DNA of 30,429 bases from Candidatus Deianiraeaceae bacterium (GCA_964201065.1 CAXNCX010000001.1:1-30429); one strand, 5' to 3'. Positions 1 to 10,045 are shown, counted from the stretch's first letter. Made by a program: numbers and translations. Notes: a model not told the origin generated them from the letters alone.

Positions 1-20
1 CCTCTTTTTACTCTTGCCAT
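1..20 (-). CDS. rplT: 50S ribosomal protein L20, first codons only (gene runs off the window edge)
   Basis: The minus strand from 20 reads ATG GCA AGA GTA AAA AGA GG = MARVKRG, the canonical L20 N-terminus. It lies directly downstream of rpmI, matching the conserved rpmI-rplT order. Confidence 0.9.
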
Positions 21-52
21 AAATCAATAAATTATATTAAATTTTTAAAACC

Positions 53-310
53 TTAAAAAGAAACCAATCTGTTTCCTTTTTTCATCAACTTTGCGTGTCC
101 TTTTGAAATTAGTCTAACTTTTCTTAAACCTGCAACTTGTTTTGCAGATTTACGACGCTTATTTTTTTGTACATGAGTATGTGAAGCAACCACTAAACCA
201 GTACCAGTTACTTTGAATCTCTTTTTTGTTGAAGAGTGTTTTTTAAGTTTTGGAGTTGATTTTAATCTATCTCTGTGCCTCTTTGTTGTCTTTAACTTTG
301 GTTTTGCCAT
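53..310 (-). CDS. rpmI: 50S ribosomal protein L35 with an ~18-aa basic N-terminal extension
   Basis: PKLKKHSSTKKRFKVTGTG matches the L35 N-terminal motif (PK.KT.....KRFK.T.TG). The protein is very basic and lies upstream of rplT. Confidence 0.92.
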   Translation of the reverse strand: MAKPKLKTTKRHRDRLKSTPKLKKHSSTKKRFKVTGTGLVVASHTHVQKNKRRKSAKQVAGLRKVRLISKGHAKLMKKGNRLVSF

Positions 311-427
311 AAAATTAGGTGATATTTTACAGTCATTAAATTATCATTTTTTTTAATATGCAACTTTTTTGTTGTATTTTACTTGAGAACTTTAATTACT
401 AAAGAAAATACAATAAAAACCCATACA

Positions 428-1777
428 ATGATCTATAATATCGCAATCGTTGGCAAACCAAATGTCGGAAAAACAACACTAATAAACAAAATGGTTAAAC
501 GGAAAGTTGCAATTGTTCACGATCAACCAGGTGTAACTAGAGACAGACAACACATAAAATATAAACTTAAAAATGGACTGGAGTGTAATTTAATTGACAC
601 TCCTGGAATTGATTTTCAAATAAAAACTTCCATGCAAGAAAAAATGCACAGCCAAACTGAAATGGCAATTAAAGAGGCAAGTATATGTTTGTTTGTTGTG
701 GATGGAAAAAATGGAATAGACGAACGAGACAGAATCATTTCGAACATGTTACGAAAATACTCGCACAAAACTGTTCTTTTGATAAACAAATGCGACAACG
801 ACAAAATGACAGAAAACTTAGAAGATTTTTATCGCTTTGGATTTGAAGAAATGTTGTTTATTTCTGCTGAACATAAAATTGGATTTAGCGATATTATGAA
901 CTTACTCATAGATGATTCAAAAAACTATGAAGATTTAACATCAAGCTTTTCAAAAGAAAAAAAGTTAAGAATTGGTATTGTAGGTCGTCCAAATGTTGGA
1001 AAATCTACCTTCATGAACAATCTCTTAAAAGAAGAAAGATGCGTTGTTAGTGAAGTAGCAGGCACAACAAGAGACGCAATAAATATAGACATTAAAATTA
1101 AAGATTTGGATGTTACTTTAATTGACACGGCGGGAATAAGAAAGAAAATCTTAATTAACGATAAACTTGAAGATAAAATGATTTCAAGTAGCTTTCATGC
1201 AATTAACATGTCTGACATATCAATTTTAATAATAAGTGCTGAGGATGGATTAACATCTCAAGATATGCACATACTAGATTATATCTTGAAAGAAAGCAGA
1301 GTTCCCGTTATATGTGTAAATAAAATTGATAAAATTAAAAACTCAGACAGATTTATGAAAAATCTAACACAAGAAATAACAAACAAAGTTCATTTAATAG
1401 TGCAACCTTTGATTTTTGGATTATCAGCAATGAATGACTATGATTTATCAACTATTATAGTTGAAGCAAATAGATTATATGAAAAGTTTTGTGAAATGCA
1501 TAAAACATCTTATTTAAACAAAATACTTGAAAAATTTAATGCAAGCAATCAGCCTGTGTATGTAAGAAAATCCACAGTAAAATTTAAGTATATCTCTCAA
1601 GTAAAAGCAAAACCTCCTTATTTTATAATCAGTTCAAATTTTGAAGAGAAAGAAATAAAGACTGGCTATGTTACAATGTTTCAAAAATTCTTAATTACAT
1701 CTTTAGAATTGCAGGGTATACCAATTAGAATGAAGTTTATTAAAAGTCATAATCCTTATGCAAAACAAAAAAATTGA
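428..1777 (+). CDS. der: Ribosome biogenesis GTPase Der (EngA)
   Basis: Two tandem G domains ([22 protein letters not shown] and [22 protein letters not shown]) are followed by a C-terminal KH-like domain. ATG 428 is preferred over the ORF-track TTG at 383 because homologs start just before the first P-loop strand. Confidence 0.96.
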   Translation: MIYNIAIVGKPNVGKTTLINKMVKRKVAIVHDQPGVTRDRQHIKYKLKNGLECNLIDTPGIDFQIKTSMQEKMHSQTEMAIKEASICLFVVDGKNGIDERDRIISNMLRKYSHKTVLLINKCDNDKMTENLEDFYRFGFEEMLFISAEHKIGFSDIMNLLIDDSKNYEDLTSSFSKEKKLRIGIVGRPNVGKSTFMNNLLKEERCVVSEVAGTTRDAINIDIKIKDLDVTLIDTAGIRKKILINDKLEDKMISSSFHAINMSDISILIISAEDGLTSQDMHILDYILKESRVPVICVNKIDKIKNSDRFMKNLTQEITNKVHLIVQPLIFGLSAMNDYDLSTIIVEANRLYEKFCEMHKTSYLNKILEKFNASNQPVYVRKSTVKFKYISQVKAKPPYFIISSNFEEKEIKTGYVTMFQKFLITSLELQGIPIRMKFIKSHNPYAKQKN

Positions 1778-2420
1778 AATAATAAAAACAAACAAATTTC
1801 TTCAGTCTTTTGCCATAAATAGATCTAGGTCTTTTTCTGAAAAAGAAGATCTAGAATTTGAAAGTCTTTTGTCTAAATTTAAAATACCAGATAATTTAAA
1901 GGAGTCTAAAAAAGTATGTCTTGAAATTGGCTCCGGAAATGGTGATTTCATTATTCACAAAGCACAAACAGAAAAAGATAAAATTTTTATCGCTTCAGAT
2001 GTTTTTAAAAAAGGTGCACTGCAAATATTAAAAAAAGCAGATGCATTAAAGCTCACAAACTTTTTCTTTTTCTTTGGAGATGCAAGAGTTTTTCTTGATG
2101 GAAATAAGACATCATTAAATGAAATATATGTCTTATTTCCAGATCCATGGCCTAAAAAAAGACATAATAAAAGAAGAATAATTAATAGTATTTTCTTAGA
2201 GTTAGTAAATTCAAATCTAAATAAAAATGGAACACTGCATATTGCAACAGATCATCTTACATATCAAGACTGGATTAATGACATCTTAGGCTCTCAAGGT
2301 TTGTTTGATGTTGAATGCTCAGATTACACAAAAACATTAAACTTTAATACAAAATACTTTAACAAATCTTTAAAAAACACTAGTCAATCTCTTTATTGGA
2401 AGTGTAAGAAAAAAAGCTAA
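1758..2420 (+). CDS. trmB: tRNA (guanine-N7)-methyltransferase TrmB
   Basis: SAM-binding LEIGSGNG and the TrmB signature [15 protein letters not shown], plus IATD. Overlaps the der stop by 20 bp. Confidence 0.95.
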   Translation: MQNKKIEIIKTNKFLQSFAINRSRSFSEKEDLEFESLLSKFKIPDNLKESKKVCLEIGSGNGDFIIHKAQTEKDKIFIASDVFKKGALQILKKADALKLTNFFFFFGDARVFLDGNKTSLNEIYVLFPDPWPKKRHNKRRIINSIFLELVNSNLNKNGTLHIATDHLTYQDWINDILGSQGLFDVECSDYTKTLNFNTKYFNKSLKNTSQSLYWKCKKKS

Positions 2421-5400
2421 TGAAAATAATAAAAATTCTACTTACAGCTTTATACCTTTCATACACACCAAGTTCTTACGCAATACTTACAGATTTGGCA
2501 AATAAAATTAACACTTGGGTGGAGAAAGAAGTTGCCGAGCCAATTGGATGTAGTGGTTTTAATTTAAGTTTAATACCGGGATTTTTAAACATGGTTGCAC
2601 CAGATACTCCTATTGGAGCCCAAACAGTTGATGCGCAGACTGGTCGTCTTTGCTTGGACTCTTTAATTAGACTTATTGCCACAATAGCCGCAGGAGGACC
2701 TGCAGGATTGCCAATTGCTTTTCTCCAAATCGAAAACATGGCAAGTATAGCAAAAGACACAGCTAACAAATCACATATATGTTTGGACGATATAAACAAC
2801 GACAATCACCCCGCTGCATACACAAACGATCAAATTCTTGAAATTCTTAAAAAATCCGGAGAACCAGCAAATGTAAAAAATATCGTGGATAAATATCAAA
2901 AATTATGTATAGAATACGAAGGAAAGATTTTTTGGAAAAACAACGGTGAGTGTTTTGACCCTAGAAAAAATGGTCCAACTGGCATGTTTGATGATTTAGT
3001 TGGTGCAGCCACAGGTGGTAAAGATGCGAGCAAGATTTGCGTGTCTCATCTGTCAGGGTATCAATATTTTTTATGTGCTAGAGTTATTGGAGCATGTCCT
3101 TGTATAATGAATTTACAAATGGGAACAATGGAGGTTGAATATGAAACTGAAGACAACGGAGCAATAAAATTCAACAAAGAAAATGGAACTCCTGTAATTA
3201 AAAATTACGATCAATTTTTAAGTAAGTTTTCAAAACATTGCAAAGTAATAAGAGCTCCATTTTTAGATCAACCTGAGGCAAAATTTTTCGATGGCATAAT
3301 CGATGAAACATGTTATACTTTAAAGGGTTATTCTAAAGCCGAAATAACAATGTCAAGTATTTTAGTTCAATGTCTTGTAAATACCGCTCGTAATATTTTC
3401 GAAAAACCAATTTTTATGAACCCAGGTACATTTACCGTAAGCCAAAAAAACAGAGAATACTTAAACAATCTAGAAAATGATTTAAAAATTCTAAAAGACA
3501 CACAATCCGTTTTAGATGCATATGCAAAAGAACAAATGAACAATTTAAACAATTTTAATGTCAAAAACTATATTAGCTATCTCACAAAGTACCTAGACAA
3601 CCAGTATAACTTAGAAAAAATTAAATTTTACAATGAATATCAATGTGGCTCGCTAGAAAATAGCTTAATTGTTTATTTAAGCTACAATACAACAACCGAT
3701 CAAGAAAAAGAAAATTTTATCATAAATTCAATAGCAGCGATGACTAATCATTTTTCAAATTGCGAAGAAAAAATAAATAATCTGAAAAAAACACTTTCCA
3801 CAACAATTTTTCAAGAAGGAATTATAAACATTAATATCAATGGTGCAAATGGGGGACTAACAATGGCAGAAAAATTTCAAAATTCTGTAAAATTTATGGG
3901 CATAATTGCAGTTTTTCTATGGATTGTGATATTTGGTTATAACGCACTTGACGGCAATATAAAACTCGATATCAGAAGTAATATGAAATACGCTTTGGAA
4001 TTTGGAATTGTATACTATTTTGCTTTTTCAACGGCATGGCGAGATATGTTTCTAGATATCGTTATGAATGCCACACAAGGTAGTTCAATATTATTTTATC
4101 AAATTGGTCACAAAACTAACTCCTATCGTGGCTTAAATATATGTGATTTTGGGGAAAAAGAAATTCAATTAAAAAATAATGCAACTGGAATTGTATGCGA
4201 TCAAGGAATGGATTTATACTGTGACGAAAAAGATAAAACAAACACAAATCTATGTATTAAAGGCAAGTGCATATCTAAACCTTTTATAGATCGTCCAAAC
4301 TACGAAAAACCATACATACCCTATACATACAAAGTTTCAACAAGTCCAACTACAAGCTTTTCTCTAGATGTACCAATATATTGTCGTACAGTTCAAGATA
4401 ATAAAGCAGACAGCGGCGTTCCTGCAACTAAAGAAAACGGAAGGTGGAAGTGCGAACCTGGGTACTTCATGGACAGAGGATACACGGTTGGAGCTTTAAA
4501 AGAAGCGAGTTTGATTAGCGACTCTAATGCATCCAGTTTATATTTAAGTGACACCGATGTTATCAAAACCGCAGACTATCATTACGACGATAAAGATATT
4601 CTTAAAAAAGCTGAATTAAAAGGAGCTGAAGCTTTGTATAAAGGTTATTATGTGGAATTTTTAGAACGAGAAAGAACTTATTTAAACAAAAACAGATCGT
4701 ATGCCAAAATAAAAACCAACTCCGGAACTATTAGAGACAACTCATACCTTCAACTCTTCGATACTTTGGATTGTAAACTAATATCCTATTTAAAAATGTC
4801 TGTGGAAGAAGGAATGAATTCTCCTTTAGATATATATAAAGGATTTATAGGATTAATTGATTCATTATTCAAATCTTCTGCGTTAGGATTAATTGTTTTG
4901 ATGATGCTACTTCTGTTTTGTTTTCTTTTAGCAGGATTCATTTTACAAGCTGTCCTTAGTTACTCAATTTCATTAACAATGATAATAATACTCGCGTATG
5001 TATCTCCGGTTTTCTTTCTATTCAAACTATTTAATAAAACAAAAGGAAATTACGATACATGGTATTCATTATTAAAATCATACACATTTACACCAGCAGT
5101 AACATTTTTCTCTATATCCTTATTTATGCAAATTTTTGACTACACAATGTTTGGAACTTCCGATAACTATAGCATTCTTTTTGATGAACAAGGCAATATA
5201 AAACCAGACTGCTACAGTCAAAAACTAAGTGATGCACCTATACTTTGTTTATTTAAAAAAGTAATTTCTGCAAACAGCCCTGAAGGTATGTTTGGCAACT
5301 TTACCAACAACATACAAAATACATTTTCGGGAAACATAAGCTTTAAGTCATTCTTAGGAATAAGTATGCCTATGACACAATACGACCCTGCTCTTCTTTT

Positions 5401-5599
5401 GCTACTATTTGCAAAATTATTACAAGGTACAATAATTTTATACATTAATATATCAATTTTAGAAAGACTTGAAAAAATGATTAAAAGTTTCTTTGGTATT
5501 GGTGGAGCTGATGCAACCATATTAGGATATAGTGGAAATCCAACTAAATTAATGGGTACTGTTATTGGCGGTGCAAAAAAATTATTAGGTAGTAAATAA
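2420..5599 (+). CDS. virB6: Large VirB6/TrbL-family type IV secretion protein (Rickettsiales rvhB6-like), cysteine-rich
   Basis: Signal peptide and a long soluble N-terminal region, then hydrophobic segments (FMGIIAVFLWIVIFGY; ALEFGIVYYFAF) and the FDTLDCK motif I recall from Rickettsiales VirB6 paralogs. A multi-TM TrbL-like block follows (LLAGFILQAVLSYSISLTMIIILAYVSPVFFLFKLF..TK..YDTW). TAATG coupling to trmB. Confidence 0.8.
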   Translation: MKIIKILLTALYLSYTPSSYAILTDLANKINTWVEKEVAEPIGCSGFNLSLIPGFLNMVAPDTPIGAQTVDAQTGRLCLDSLIRLIATIAAGGPAGLPIAFLQIENMASIAKDTANKSHICLDDINNDNHPAAYTNDQILEILKKSGEPANVKNIVDKYQKLCIEYEGKIFWKNNGECFDPRKNGPTGMFDDLVGAATGGKDASKICVSHLSGYQYFLCARVIGACPCIMNLQMGTMEVEYETEDNGAIKFNKENGTPVIKNYDQFLSKFSKHCKVIRAPFLDQPEAKFFDGIIDETCYTLKGYSKAEITMSSILVQCLVNTARNIFEKPIFMNPGTFTVSQKNREYLNNLENDLKILKDTQSVLDAYAKEQMNNLNNFNVKNYISYLTKYLDNQYNLEKIKFYNEYQCGSLENSLIVYLSYNTTTDQEKENFIINSIAAMTNHFSNCEEKINNLKKTLSTTIFQEGIINININGANGGLTMAEKFQNSVKFMGIIAVFLWIVIFGYNALDGNIKLDIRSNMKYALEFGIVYYFAFSTAWRDMFLDIVMNATQGSSILFYQIGHKTNSYRGLNICDFGEKEIQLKNNATGIVCDQGMDLYCDEKDKTNTNLCIKGKCISKPFIDRPNYEKPYIPYTYKVSTSPTTSFSLDVPIYCRTVQDNKADSGVPATKENGRWKCEPGYFMDRGYTVGALKEASLISDSNASSLYLSDTDVIKTADYHYDDKDILKKAELKGAEALYKGYYVEFLERERTYLNKNRSYAKIKTNSGTIRDNSYLQLFDTLDCKLISYLKMSVEEGMNSPLDIYKGFIGLIDSLFKSSALGLIVLMMLLLFCFLLAGFILQAVLSYSISLTMIIILAYVSPVFFLFKLFNKTKGNYDTWYSLLKSYTFTPAVTFFSISLFMQIFDYTMFGTSDNYSILFDEQGNIKPDCYSQKLSDAPILCLFKKVISANSPEGMFGNFTNNIQNTFSGNISFKSFLGISMPMTQYDPALLLLLFAKLLQGTIILYINISILERLEKMIKSFFGIGGADATILGYSGNPTKLMGTVIGGAKKLLGSK

Positions 5600-5606
5600 G
5601 ACAAAA

Positions 5607-6950
5607 ATGCTAAACATAAGACATTGTGCAATTACAATTATAATCTTTTTAAGCTTTAACTTTTCTAAAGCAAATTATATCGAAATATTAAGAGACGCAG
5701 AAACTGAAAGTTTTTTAAAAAATTTTACAAAAAGAATACTTGAAAGTTCAGAGCCAGCACTCGGACTTGTTAATAATACAAATTTTTTAATTGTTAATGA
5801 CAAATCTATAAATGCTTTTGTAACGCCAATAAATAAAGTCATTTTTATACACTCTGGTTTACTTGTAGCTTCAGAAAATAGCGATACATTATTTGGAGTT
5901 ATGGCACATGAAACAGGACATTTAAACAACTATCACTATATAAGATCTTTAAATTTAGAAAAAGAGCAACACAAACTCACAAAAGTCTTAATCTCACTAG
6001 GAACAGCAATAATAAATCCACTGTTAGCAGCTGGAAGCTTTGTGTCGATTATGGTAGATGCACAAGATAAAATGATAAAATACTCCCAGCAAAATGAAGA
6101 GGAAGCTGATCGACATGCTTTAAAAATAATGAAAGAAAACAACATAAATCTTAAAGGTCATGCAAACTTAATGTTATATTTTGACAAACTAAGAGAAGAA
6201 AGTGGAGTAAATGAAAAAGTATTAGAATATCTATCGTCACATCCTTTGCCTAAAAAACGACTACAAAAACTACAAAGATTTGGAATGGAAAATCAATGTA
6301 AAGTCTGTGAACAAAGAAATTTAGATCTCGAGGATCAGTTTAACAGAATAAGATATAAACTATCTGGGTATTTAAATCAAACAACAAAGCTAAACGATAT
6401 ATTAGACATAAGACTCGAAAATAAAAGAAAGTTTTATGAATTAATTTTTTCTGCATACAGTGGTTTAAGTCAAAAAAAATATCAAGAAGCCTTAAAAGAC
6501 TCTAACATGCTGATCAATCAGGAACCTCAAAATCCTTATTTTTATGAATTAAGAAGCGAAATACATAAATTTATTAAACACGACAAAGCCATAAATGATA
6601 TAAAATATGCAATAAAATTAAATCCAAAGGAATGTTTATTCAAAATTAATTTAGGGAATTTGGTCCTATTAAACAAAGACACTAAACTACTTAAAGAAAT
6701 CAAAGAAAGTTTAAAAATTTGTCAAATCACAGATCAAATTACAGACTACAATTCAATTTTACATCAAATAGCAAGTCTTGAAAAAGATGAGATTTCAATT
6801 CTTTACTATCAAGGACTTATTCTTATTAAACAAAACCACAAAAAAGACGCTCTAAAGAAATTAGAACAAGCTTTTGCACTTGCCAAAGAACAAAAGTCCA
6901 ACATGATGTATAATATAGAAGATATCTTGTTTGAGCTAAAAAAGAAATAG
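5607..6950 (+). CDS. M48-family zinc metalloprotease with C-terminal TPR-like helices (BepA/YfgC-like)
   Basis: Signal peptide, INAF, HETGH (HExxH), third-ligand EEEADR, and the YLSSHP motif. The C-terminal half is helical-repeat-like (ALKDSNMLINQEPQNPYFYEL). Confidence 0.88.
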   Translation: MLNIRHCAITIIIFLSFNFSKANYIEILRDAETESFLKNFTKRILESSEPALGLVNNTNFLIVNDKSINAFVTPINKVIFIHSGLLVASENSDTLFGVMAHETGHLNNYHYIRSLNLEKEQHKLTKVLISLGTAIINPLLAAGSFVSIMVDAQDKMIKYSQQNEEEADRHALKIMKENNINLKGHANLMLYFDKLREESGVNEKVLEYLSSHPLPKKRLQKLQRFGMENQCKVCEQRNLDLEDQFNRIRYKLSGYLNQTTKLNDILDIRLENKRKFYELIFSAYSGLSQKKYQEALKDSNMLINQEPQNPYFYELRSEIHKFIKHDKAINDIKYAIKLNPKECLFKINLGNLVLLNKDTKLLKEIKESLKICQITDQITDYNSILHQIASLEKDEISILYYQGLILIKQNHKKDALKKLEQAFALAKEQKSNMMYNIEDILFELKKK

Positions 6951-6961
6951 ACTTCTTTAGC
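6935..6961. terminator. Imperfect inverted repeat at the convergent M48 / small-ORF junction; possible weak terminator
   Basis: GCTAAAaaaGAA-atagac-TTCTTTAGC: AAAGAA/TTCTTT stem extended by GCTA/TAGC with a bulge. AT-rich and weak. Confidence 0.25.
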
Positions 6962-7066
6962 TTACTTTCCCTGTCCTTTATCCTGTGAAGACTTTGTATC
7001 CTTCAGACCGTTTACTGGGTTATTTTTATCTTGTTTTTCCAAAAAAATTTTTCTTACATTTAGCAT
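6962..7066 (-). CDS. Putative 34-aa small protein MLNVRKIFLEKQDKNNPVNGLKDTKSSQDKGQGK (or an sRNA)
   Basis: Open frame ATG 7066 to TAA 6962 fills the intergenic gap. It is preceded by AAAGGAGGT and a near-consensus promoter, but the SD directly abuts this ATG, so translation is uncertain. Confidence 0.4.
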   Translation of the reverse strand: MLNVRKIFLEKQDKNNPVNGLKDTKSSQDKGQGK

Positions 7067-7091
7067 ACCTCCTTTACAATTAATATAAGTT

Positions 7092-7119
7092 ATTATATCG
7101 CTTTTTTAGAAACTTGCAA
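7092..7119 (-). promoter_or_regulatory. sigma70-type promoter, divergent from pth
   Basis: Minus strand TTGCAA (7119-7114), 16-nt spacer, perfect TATAAT (7097-7092). Confidence 0.6.
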
Positions 7120-7126
7120 ATAAAAA

Positions 7127-7708
7127 ATGAAATTTTTTTTCGGTCTAGGAAACATTGGCAATGAATACAAATTAACCCGTCATAATGTAGGATTTATTTT
7201 AATAGATAGCATTATTGAATGTTATAACTTTAGTATAGTCGGTACAAAATTTCATTCAGAAGTTTTTAGTGGCACAATTAATGGAGAAGCTATAGTGTGC
7301 TTTAAACCCAATACCTACATGAATCTATCTGGTAAGGCTGTATCATCAATGTTAAATTTTTACAAGCCACAAAAAACGGACATTTTTGTTTTTACTGATG
7401 AGCTTGATCTACCGGTTGGCGAATTAAGACTAAAATTTGCCAGTGCAACTTCAGGTCATAACGGCTTAAGATCAATTGATTCATCAATTGGAAAAGACTA
7501 TTGGAGAATAAAAATTGGAATTGATAGACCAAGTAATCACGCCGTGTCTGATTATGTATTGAGTAAATTCAAAACTGAAGAGCTTGAAAGTGTTAATTCA
7601 TTGTGTGAAAATTTTACAAAAAATTCAATAAACGAGCTTATTGAGTTAAAAAGCGATGACACAAAAGGTATAAATTTATTTAATAAAAAATATGGCAAGT
7701 CAAGTTGA
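7127..7708 (+). CDS. pth: Peptidyl-tRNA hydrolase
   Basis: GLGN..Y..TRHNVGF, KPNTYMNLSG, DELDLP and GHNGL motifs. Confidence 0.97.
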   Translation: MKFFFGLGNIGNEYKLTRHNVGFILIDSIIECYNFSIVGTKFHSEVFSGTINGEAIVCFKPNTYMNLSGKAVSSMLNFYKPQKTDIFVFTDELDLPVGELRLKFASATSGHNGLRSIDSSIGKDYWRIKIGIDRPSNHAVSDYVLSKFKTEELESVNSLCENFTKNSINELIELKSDDTKGINLFNKKYGKSS

Positions 7709-10019
7709 GAGCTTCTATTTTACAAAGGGTTTTGACAACTTTTTAAATGTATATAACAAACATAAACATTTACGCTTTATAGTCACATGTCCCAATCAAA
7801 ATATAGCATCAAAGATAATGCCATATTTTAAAGATAAGCAAATTGATGTAAATTTTATTGATTATTTTGAAGATGGAATAACCGGAAAAATAAATATTAC
7901 AAATCTTCAAAACAGAAGCATGATGAAGCTTGGCAACTCTGTTTTGGTGCCATTTTCTAACATAATGTACGGGCTGGATAACTTTGAAACTCCAAATAAC
8001 CAAAAAATTCAAAAACTTCTTGAAGAGCTACAAAACTTTGAAATTGGTGATTTAGTGATTCATAAAAAACACGGAATGTCTATTTTTAAAGGATTAAAAC
8101 AACTAAACTCTGAGACTTTTTCTGGAGAGTGTTTTGAGCTTATTTTTAAAAAAGACACAAAAATGCTTTTACCAATTCAGGAGATTATTCAAATCAAAAA
8201 ACACTCACGAGCTGGTACATTCTCTGAAGATGAAGCTGAACTTGATTCTATTGGTGGTGCAACTTGGCTTGTTAAACGGCAAAAAATAAAAACTCGGATA
8301 CTTGCTTTTGCACAAAAAATAATTGATGTTGCGGCAAAAAGAAAGTTAAAAGAAGCTAAAAGATTTGATCATGGTTTTGAATCTGAAACCTACCAAACTT
8401 TTGAAAGAAACTTTGAATTTATAGAAACCGAAGACCAATTAAATGCGATAATGAAGCTAAAAGAAGACTTGTCTCTTGGCACGCCAATGAACAGAATTAT
8501 ATGTGGAGACACGGGTTTTGGCAAAACCGAAGTTGCCATGCGTGCAGTTTGTGCTATTGTTGCGGAAGGTTCTCAAGCATTAATGGTAAGCCCTACTACA
8601 TTTTTAGCAAAACAACATTTTCAATCATTTAAAGACAGATTTAAAGATTTAAATGTCTCAATTGAGCTGCTTCACGGCAAAACAACTGCAAAAAAAAGAA
8701 AAGAAATTCTTGAACAACTATCAAACGGGAAAATACAAATTTTAATCTCAACACATGCAGGATTAACTGGAAAAATTGACTTCAAAGACATCCAGCTTTG
8801 CATAATTGATGAAGAGCAGATGTTTGGTGTTAAACAAAAAGACACTATAAAAGAAAAATACCCTTCAGTACATATTCTATATCTATCAGCAACGCCCATT
8901 CCAAGAAGCTTGCAACAAGGTTTGTATGGTCTTTGTGAATTAAGTCTTTTAAACACCCCTCCATTTGAAAGAAAAAAGCCACATGCCTGCGTTATAAATA
9001 AAGACAAAACAGAAATTTTTAACGCAATTAAAAAAGAACTAAACCGAAACGGAAATATCCTAGTTATTGTACCAAAAATTGAGAACATCCCTGAAACTTA
9101 CAGACTTCTGCAAGGATATTCTGATGATATAAAAATAGACACAGTACACGGAAAAGTTGAACCCTCAATGGCAGAAGACATAATTTTGAGATTCGCTGAA
9201 AAACAAAGTGATATTTTAATTTCAACAACAATTACAGCCTTTGGAATGGATTTTAAATATGCAAATACAGTCTTAGTATTCAATCCTGAAATGTTTGGAG
9301 TTGGTCAGCTTTATCAAATTAAAGGACGAGCAGGACGCAGAGATAAAGCGGGTTTTTGTTATTTTATATTAGATGAAAGAGCGGCTCAAAAAGAAAACAC
9401 CGTAAAAAGAATTGAATTTGTTGCAAATGCTAATGATTTTGGTTCTGGATTTGCAATTGCATCGTTTGACTCTGACATGAGAGGCGGGGGAAATTTACTT
9501 GGAAGCGAGCAGTCTGGAGATGTGAAGGAAGTTGGTTTTGAAATGTATCAAGAAATGCTTGAAGAAGCAATGAACTCGGTTGATCATTTAGATGAAAAAA
9601 TTGAAATTGAAAGCACCCTAAATGGCATCACACACTATATATCAGATCACTATATTCCAAGTGTTAAGCTTAAAATTAATTTCTACAGAAAGATTGCAAA
9701 TATCACAACCAAACAAGAACTTGACAACATAAAAAACGAACTCGAAAACCGCTTTGGCGACGTCCCAGTTGAAACACAAAATCTGTTTATACTTCCTGAA
9801 CTGAAAATCTTGTTAAAAAACCTAAATGTCTCTAAAATCAATGTTTTCCAAGATAGTGTGAAATTGAAATTTTACAAATTTGATAGGCTTAATGTCCAAA
9901 AAATCCTAACCTACCCTCAAGATGTTTTAAGTGTAATTGGCGAAGATTCCTTAAGAATTTCTATAAAAAAAGACTTCATTCTAGAAGTTGAAAAAGTTGT
10001 TGGGGAGATTGGGGGGTGA
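7692..10019 (+). CDS. mfd: Transcription-repair coupling factor Mfd, N-terminally shortened (775 aa)
   Basis: CarD-like RNAP-interaction domain (GDLVIHKKHG), RecG-like translocase motifs (GDTGFGKTEVAM, DEEQ, SATPIPRSL, QLYQIKGRAGR), TRG motif MRGGGNLLGSEQSG and a C-terminal TRCF domain (YIP..KLKINFYRKIA...ELENRFG). Confidence 0.92.
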   Translation: MASQVESFYFTKGFDNFLNVYNKHKHLRFIVTCPNQNIASKIMPYFKDKQIDVNFIDYFEDGITGKINITNLQNRSMMKLGNSVLVPFSNIMYGLDNFETPNNQKIQKLLEELQNFEIGDLVIHKKHGMSIFKGLKQLNSETFSGECFELIFKKDTKMLLPIQEIIQIKKHSRAGTFSEDEAELDSIGGATWLVKRQKIKTRILAFAQKIIDVAAKRKLKEAKRFDHGFESETYQTFERNFEFIETEDQLNAIMKLKEDLSLGTPMNRIICGDTGFGKTEVAMRAVCAIVAEGSQALMVSPTTFLAKQHFQSFKDRFKDLNVSIELLHGKTTAKKRKEILEQLSNGKIQILISTHAGLTGKIDFKDIQLCIIDEEQMFGVKQKDTIKEKYPSVHILYLSATPIPRSLQQGLYGLCELSLLNTPPFERKKPHACVINKDKTEIFNAIKKELNRNGNILVIVPKIENIPETYRLLQGYSDDIKIDTVHGKVEPSMAEDIILRFAEKQSDILISTTITAFGMDFKYANTVLVFNPEMFGVGQLYQIKGRAGRRDKAGFCYFILDERAAQKENTVKRIEFVANANDFGSGFAIASFDSDMRGGGNLLGSEQSGDVKEVGFEMYQEMLEEAMNSVDHLDEKIEIESTLNGITHYISDHYIPSVKLKINFYRKIANITTKQELDNIKNELENRFGDVPVETQNLFILPELKILLKNLNVSKINVFQDSVKLKFYKFDRLNVQKILTYPQDVLSVIGEDSLRISIKKDFILEVEKVVGEIGG

Positions 10020-10045
10020 AAAAAACGAGCCTAAAAATAGGCTCG
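10019..10045 (-). terminator. Intrinsic terminator hairpin with its U-tract on the minus strand
   Basis: Perfect 8-bp stem CGAGCCTA (10026-10033) / TAGGCTCG (10038-10045) with a 4-nt loop. A7 at 10019-10025 gives U7 after the stem on the minus strand; on the plus strand the stem is followed by A6. Confidence 0.65.

Noticed and set aside
10001-10018. G-rich end of mfd (GGGG..GGGGGG) as a phase-variable tract or G-quadruplex
   Set aside because: Only two G runs, located in the last codons; slippage would change just the extreme C-terminus.
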